Virus record (IMG/VR): IMGVR_UViG_3300044676_003050
Location: 1-62,325 of that record
Reading direction: 5' to 3' (one strand)
DNA length: 62,325 bases
DNA from: a virus
Taxonomy: Duplodnaviria > Caudoviricetes
In this document: positions 58,084 to 62,325 of the stretch, piece after piece
Layout: each line of letters opens with the position of its first letter
Numbering within the stretch: position 1 is the stretch's first letter
Notes under the pieces: model-generated
Databases searched by the model: none
The model's input: the letters and a program-made list of their open reading frames with translations, nothing else
Told to the model about the DNA's origin: nothing
Program-made: the position numbers and the translations under genes

Positions 58084-59730
58084 ATGACCGCATTAGATAG
58101 AAACGATTTACTGAAGCGTTGGGAACCACTCCTTGAAGGTATCGGGGATGATCACATCGCGTACCAGACTGCTCGTCTCTTTGAAAACCAAGCCAAAGAA
58201 TTCACGAAGCAGAATCTGAACGAAGAACTGAGCCAAGCTGCCACGACAACTGGTAAGATCGGCACGTTCCAAAAGTTTGCCTTCCCGCTGATTCGTCGCA
58301 CCTACCCGGAACTCATGTTCAACAAGATCGGTGCCACCCAGGCGATGGACGGCCCTGTGTCGCAGATCTTCTACATGGGTAACTCGCGTGCCATCGGTTC
58401 GACCGAGCAAGTGATGTACTCGAAGTTCAACATCACGCCGCGTAACCTCGTTGCGACTAAGATTGGCCACACGGATGCTAGTAACCCGGTCAACGCTAAC
58501 TTCGCTACCCCTGATTTAGATTACGGCGATGTCTCGGGCGATCAGGGCTTTGACCTGTCGAATGTCCTTAACGCCTCGTCTAACGGTGCCGTTACCGCGA
58601 CGATGGGTGGCAAGCTCGCGGCGTTCCCTGATTCGGCTAACATCCTGGGCTACTCGGTTTCGGCTGGTGAGCGTCTCGCGGGCTCGGCTATCCCTGAGGT
58701 TAACATGCATATCCAGAAACAGACGGTTCAAGCGCGTGAGCGTAAGATGAGAGCCCTCTGGACCCTGGAAGCCGCTCAAGACCTGAAGGCTTACCACAAC
58801 CTGGACATGGAAGCTGAACTCACGGACCTTCTGTCGAAGGAGATGAACCTGGAAATCGACCGTGAACTGATCGAGGACATCCGTATGATTGCTTACGGCG
58901 CTGGTGCTATTAATACTGCTTACGGTGGCTGGTACCTGAAGTCGCTCTACCAAGGTGGCGCTGATGACTTCGGTGACATCGGGGGCGATCCAGCCGCCGC
59001 TAACAATGGTGGCACATTCGTCGCGGGTGCTTATGAGTACGACTTCAAACAGGACCTTAAGGATGAAGATTTAGTTGACGGCAACGGTGGCATCAGCCGT
59101 AAATACTCGAACATCTACGTGATGGATCTCAACCGCTTCGCCAACAAGGATGCAGCGTTCGCTCCGCAGACCCTGGGTCACGTATACTCGAACGTCCTGG
59201 CTCTGATCAACTTTGCGAGCACGGACATCTACCGCACGACCCTGCGCGGTCCTGGTAACGTCCTGATCACCTCGCCAGTAATCGCGTCGATGCTTGAGTC
59301 TGCTGCGAAGCTTGAGGGTGGCCTGCCGGAAGGTATGGGTCCGACTAACATGGGCGGCAACCAAATCCAATACGCTGGCAAGTTCGCTGGTAAGTACGAT
59401 CTGGTCATCGACCCGATGTTCCCAGAAGATGAAATCATCGTCGGCTACAAGGGTAGCAACGCGATGGATGCGGGCTTCTTCTACTGCCCATACATCCCGG
59501 TCCAGCCGCTGGATACGGTAGTTGATCCTGAGACCTTCCAGCCGAGAAAGGGCATCCTGACTCGCTACGGCAAGGTTGCGGTTCAACCGGCCTCGCGCTT
59601 CTACCGCGTGATTCGCCTGATCGGCACGGGTGCTGATTACCTGACACCTGAGATCTTCAGACAAACCAGTAATGGTGCTGTCGATCTGAGCACGCTCTAC
59701 GCTAACGGTGGTGATCTGCCTCTGAGCTAA
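58084..59730 (+). CDS. gp23: Major capsid protein (T4 gp23-like)
   Basis: LLKRWEPLLE, FPLIRR, Q.M.GP...IFY, RKMRA.WT.EAAQDL.A.H, EI.RE.I, DAG.FYCPY.P, DP.TFQP..G..TRYG. Confidence 0.97.
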   Translation: MTALDRNDLLKRWEPLLEGIGDDHIAYQTARLFENQAKEFTKQNLNEELSQAATTTGKIGTFQKFAFPLIRRTYPELMFNKIGATQAMDGPVSQIFYMGNSRAIGSTEQVMYSKFNITPRNLVATKIGHTDASNPVNANFATPDLDYGDVSGDQGFDLSNVLNASSNGAVTATMGGKLAAFPDSANILGYSVSAGERLAGSAIPEVNMHIQKQTVQARERKMRALWTLEAAQDLKAYHNLDMEAELTDLLSKEMNLEIDRELIEDIRMIAYGAGAINTAYGGWYLKSLYQGGADDFGDIGGDPAAANNGGTFVAGAYEYDFKQDLKDEDLVDGNGGISRKYSNIYVMDLNRFANKDAAFAPQTLGHVYSNVLALINFASTDIYRTTLRGPGNVLITSPVIASMLESAAKLEGGLPEGMGPTNMGGNQIQYAGKFAGKYDLVIDPMFPEDEIIVGYKGSNAMDAGFFYCPYIPVQPLDTVVDPETFQPRKGILTRYGKVAVQPASRFYRVIRLIGTGADYLTPEIFRQTSNGAVDLSTLYANGGDLPLS

Positions 59731-59753
59731 TAGCTTAAGCTAAACAACGGAAG

Positions 59754-59784
59754 AAAGGGCTCAGTTTATACTGAGTCCTTTTTT
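59754..59784 (+). terminator. Rho-independent terminator after the capsid gene
   Basis: Stem GGGCTCAGT/ACTGAGTCC, loop TTAT, followed by T6. Confidence 0.88.
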
Positions 59785-59794
59785 CATTTCTAGG

Positions 59795-59801
59795 GTAAAT
59801 A
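59795..59801 (+). promoter_or_regulatory. Putative late promoter GTAAATA for neck genes
   Basis: Directly after the terminator, 8 nt before ATG 59810, no SD. Confidence 0.55.
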
Positions 59802-59809
59802 TATTTGTT

Positions 59810-60673
59810 ATGGGTGATAAAATAGGAATACCAAGAGTTAAAGCTTATGGATCATCTTATGGCACTTACGGTGGTAATAGACTGAAAGACTACAAGAGCC
59901 CTAAAGATAAAGATCTTAATAACAAAGACTTCAAAGACGTAAACGAATTTAAAACGTTTAATAAAACTATTAAAGATTATGTCTTAGCTAAGTTAGGTTA
60001 TCCTGTTATTGATGTTGAGCTTGATGATTTCCAAATACAAATCTGTATTGATGAGGCCATCTCTAAGCTTGAGTATCATGCACCTGATTGGATGACTCAA
60101 TACGCTACCTTCGATACGTCGGGTGGCATCAATGTATATGAGCTTCCACAAGAGATTGCGGACAATTTAAATGACTGCTGGTACAGACGAGACTTCTTCA
60201 AGTTTGGTGCAAACCCTGGCTCACTTGAGTTTGATTTTGCTATCATGTTCTTTACGAATACTGGTTTATTTAATAATTATAATGTTAGCCAGTACCTTCT
60301 TATGCAACAATACCTGAAGCAGGTTAAGAATGTATTAGGTCAGATGTCTACGTGGCAACTTGTGAATAATAAGTATCTTCACATTTGGCCTGTGCCTGAG
60401 ACAAACGATGAGGCTGTTCTTTTAGAGTTCAGAGCATTTGATCCTAACACAATTCACCACGCTTACAAGAGTTGGGTGCAGAGATACACGTTGGCTTTGT
60501 CTAAGGAGATCTTAGGTGGCATCCGTGGTAAGTATCAGACTCTCCCAGGTCCAGGTGGAGGCACAAGATTAAACGGCGCTGAATTAAGTGCTGAGGCTCA
60601 GAGGGAAAAGGAGATGCTCATAGAGGAGCTTACGACCGAGATCGAAGGGCCTGCATTATTTGATATCTTCTAA
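59810..60673 (+). CDS. gp13: Neck protein gp13-like
   Basis: KDY.L.KLG.PVI.VELDD.Q...CIDEA, W...Y.LAL.K..LG..R.KY..LPGPGG...LNG. Confidence 0.92.
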   Translation: MGDKIGIPRVKAYGSSYGTYGGNRLKDYKSPKDKDLNNKDFKDVNEFKTFNKTIKDYVLAKLGYPVIDVELDDFQIQICIDEAISKLEYHAPDWMTQYATFDTSGGINVYELPQEIADNLNDCWYRRDFFKFGANPGSLEFDFAIMFFTNTGLFNNYNVSQYLLMQQYLKQVKNVLGQMSTWQLVNNKYLHIWPVPETNDEAVLLEFRAFDPNTIHHAYKSWVQRYTLALSKEILGGIRGKYQTLPGPGGGTRLNGAELSAEAQREKEMLIEELTTEIEGPALFDIF

Positions 60674-61218
60674 TGTCTAGATTCAAGGTAAACACACCTC
60701 CTACAAACTTTCCTGAGGAGAGAGATACAAGGCTGTCGTTATTCAAAAAGAAGAACGATAAGAACTTGTTTAACATGGTAGATGCTGAGAATATTAAATT
60801 ATCAGGCTCACGTATTAAAGTGTTCGAATACATTCCGTCTAATGACATTGATGATGTTTACCAGGAATCAAGACAAAAGACAATTGCACATGAGCCAGTA
60901 ACATTATGGGCTCACTATGATCCTCGTCCAATTGAAGAAAACTTATCTCAGTTTGGTGTGGAGATGCAGATTGATCAGGTGTTCGTCTTTAATAAATCCT
61001 ACACTGAAAATATATTAGGTCGCTCCATTGCCATAGGTGATGTCTTGCAACCTGAGTTCCAAGAGATGAAGTTTGAAGTGTTCGAAGTTCAGGAAGACAG
61101 CTTTGAGGCATATGGTGTTTATCACTTAATGGTTCATGCGAAGCTCCTGAGAGACACTCAAGATATTCACAACCAAAGTTTCTTTGATCGTCCCGATCAA
61201 GTAGGAGGTCGTTACTGA
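60673..61218 (+). CDS. gp14: Neck/head-completion protein gp14-like
   Basis: E.IKLSG, D.VY.E...K, LSQFG.E, GD.L, FEV.EV; follows gp13. Confidence 0.8.
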   Translation: MSRFKVNTPPTNFPEERDTRLSLFKKKNDKNLFNMVDAENIKLSGSRIKVFEYIPSNDIDDVYQESRQKTIAHEPVTLWAHYDPRPIEENLSQFGVEMQIDQVFVFNKSYTENILGRSIAIGDVLQPEFQEMKFEVFEVQEDSFEAYGVYHLMVHAKLLRDTQDIHNQSFFDRPDQVGGRY

Positions 61219-61871
61219 TGACTATACCTGAAACTACAGAAGTTAGGAACAGGATCAAGCAGATGACCACAACAAAGCTGCTCCCTGTTATTGATAATGT
61301 TTACAAAGAAAGTCTAAGAAGTATGCTACACATTTTTGGAAACATTTACTACTTAGATGCAAACGCTAATAGAGTTAAAGTTAATTGCTCGCACGGAAAT
61401 CCAGAGAGGATAGTAGGAAAGTTAAAAGCCGATAATACTTTAGTGCTTCCAATGATTACAATTGTTGAAACACAGACAGACTCTGATCCTAACAGAATGA
61501 GATATCAAAATCTAATATCTGAGACTACTTGGGATAGTGAAAAGTTAAGAGCTACTAGAGTTTTAAGTATGCCCCCGCGACCTATAAATATTACTTATGA
61601 AGTTAATATTTGGACTAAATATAAAGCGGATATGGACATGCTTAGGTCTAACATATTCTCATTGTTTAGTCCTGACATAAACATTGAAACACAATACTCT
61701 GTTCATAATAAAGCTTTTATAAACAATGAACGAGAGGTAGGGAGTGTTACTGCTGCGGATACAGGTGATAGGATACTTCAAAAGTCTATAAGCATAACTT
61801 TAGAAACCTACATCCCCAGTCCTAAATTCTTCTTTACAAACACAGGCGAGATTAAAGAATTTGGAGTCTAA
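61218..61871 (+). CDS. gp15: Tail terminator/sheath stabiliser gp15-like
   Basis: G.PER, LPMITI, P.P.NI.Y...IW.KY..DMD; follows gp14. Confidence 0.8.
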   Translation: MTIPETTEVRNRIKQMTTTKLLPVIDNVYKESLRSMLHIFGNIYYLDANANRVKVNCSHGNPERIVGKLKADNTLVLPMITIVETQTDSDPNRMRYQNLISETTWDSEKLRATRVLSMPPRPINITYEVNIWTKYKADMDMLRSNIFSLFSPDINIETQYSVHNKAFINNEREVGSVTAADTGDRILQKSISITLETYIPSPKFFFTNTGEIKEFGV

Positions 61872-62325
61872 ATGGCTATCAGTATCAACATTGATGAGAC
61901 CCCCTTACGTCCTAATGTAAGCCCAGCTAAACCTAAATCAAAAAGAGGGCCTGTAACATTCTTTGTTGATATTGAGGCACCTCTTGGTAGGAGCGTAAAA
62001 AGGAATCTAACTCGTGGTGTAAATGACCTAGACGATTCTTATGAACCGCCTCCAGTGTCAGTATCTTTGGAGGCATTGCTGCTGTCCTTAAGTGTTTCAT
62101 CTACATTCTATTGGGATACTCCTGTTGCTTTCGATCCTATCACTGCCGACTTCTTCTTACAACAATTTGAAGTGGGTGTTGGTGGTAACATTGATGTACC
62201 AGACTTAGAGCTTTCTGTCGATATTGAAACAACTGCACAGGCTTCAATATCTCGTGCTCCAATTGTTGTTGATCTGACCTTACCACAAGTCACTACTAAT
62301 AAGACAATAACGTTTGAGCCAATTG
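61872..62325 (+). CDS. Hypothetical protein, runs off the right edge (MAISINIDETPLRPNVSPAKPKSKRGPV...)
   Basis: Not in ORF track; ATG immediately after the gp15 TAA; frame open to the window end. Confidence 0.75.
   Translation, partial: MAISINIDETPLRPNVSPAKPKSKRGPVTFFVDIEAPLGRSVKRNLTRGVNDLDDSYEPPPVSVSLEALLLSLSVSSTFYWDTPVAFDPITADFFLQQFEVGVGGNIDVPDLELSVDIETTAQASISRAPIVVDLTLPQVTTNKTITFEPI

Larger units (their letters stand above)
1..62325. mobile_element. Fragment of a T4-like myovirus genome (morphogenesis region with interleaved replication genes)
   Basis: Recognisable gp17, gp20, gp21, gp22, gp23, gp13, gp14, gp15, gp25, gp6 and UvsW-like products; near-complete coding density; no host housekeeping genes or integrase seen. 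Confidence 0.97.

Noticed and set aside
58108-59664. Several alternative-frame and antisense ORFs over the capsid gene (similar ones over portal and protease)
   Set aside because: Expected by-product of strong codon bias; no SD or recognisable motifs
59731-59742. Perfect palindrome TAGCTTAAGCTA after the capsid stop
   Set aside because: Single loopless 12-mer with no second copy noticed; the adjacent hairpin already explains termination
1-62325. Stop-codon reassignment
   Set aside because: Coding density is near complete in the standard code, and TAA, TGA and TAG all end genes at sensible junctions

Overview
The whole window is a gene-dense fragment of a large T4-like (gp17/gp20/gp21/gp22/gp23/gp13-15 type) myovirus genome in the standard genetic code. 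No tRNA, rRNA, CRISPR array or transposase is visible. The order is: a giant six-module beta-helix virion protein plus a single-module paralog; a micro-peptide, a DUF1360-like membrane protein and a glycosyltransferase; large terminase, portal and an acidic core-like protein; a fibre-like protein; UvsW helicase; a gp26/gp51-like tail chaperone pair; primase and a Cas4/AddB-like nuclease; tape measure, hub, spike and baseplate genes with several glycan-binding or glycan-degrading appendages; and finally internal head proteins, prohead protease, scaffold, major capsid protein and neck/tail-terminator genes. The most notable observations are: (i) two divergent gene pairs whose start codons overlap in one CATG, with a shared promoter-like motif at fixed spacing that suggests leaderless mRNAs; (ii) a T TTT TTT -1 frameshift fusing gp26-like to a start-less gp51-like frame; (iii) a prohead protease fused to about 390 aa of repeated basic cargo modules; (iv) a 2341-aa protein of six tandem beta-helix modules with a recent 1.25-kb internal duplication; (v) an uncalled 19-aa CxxxC peptide beside a membrane CxxC protein. 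All family assignments come from motif recognition and synteny by eye; no database searches were run.
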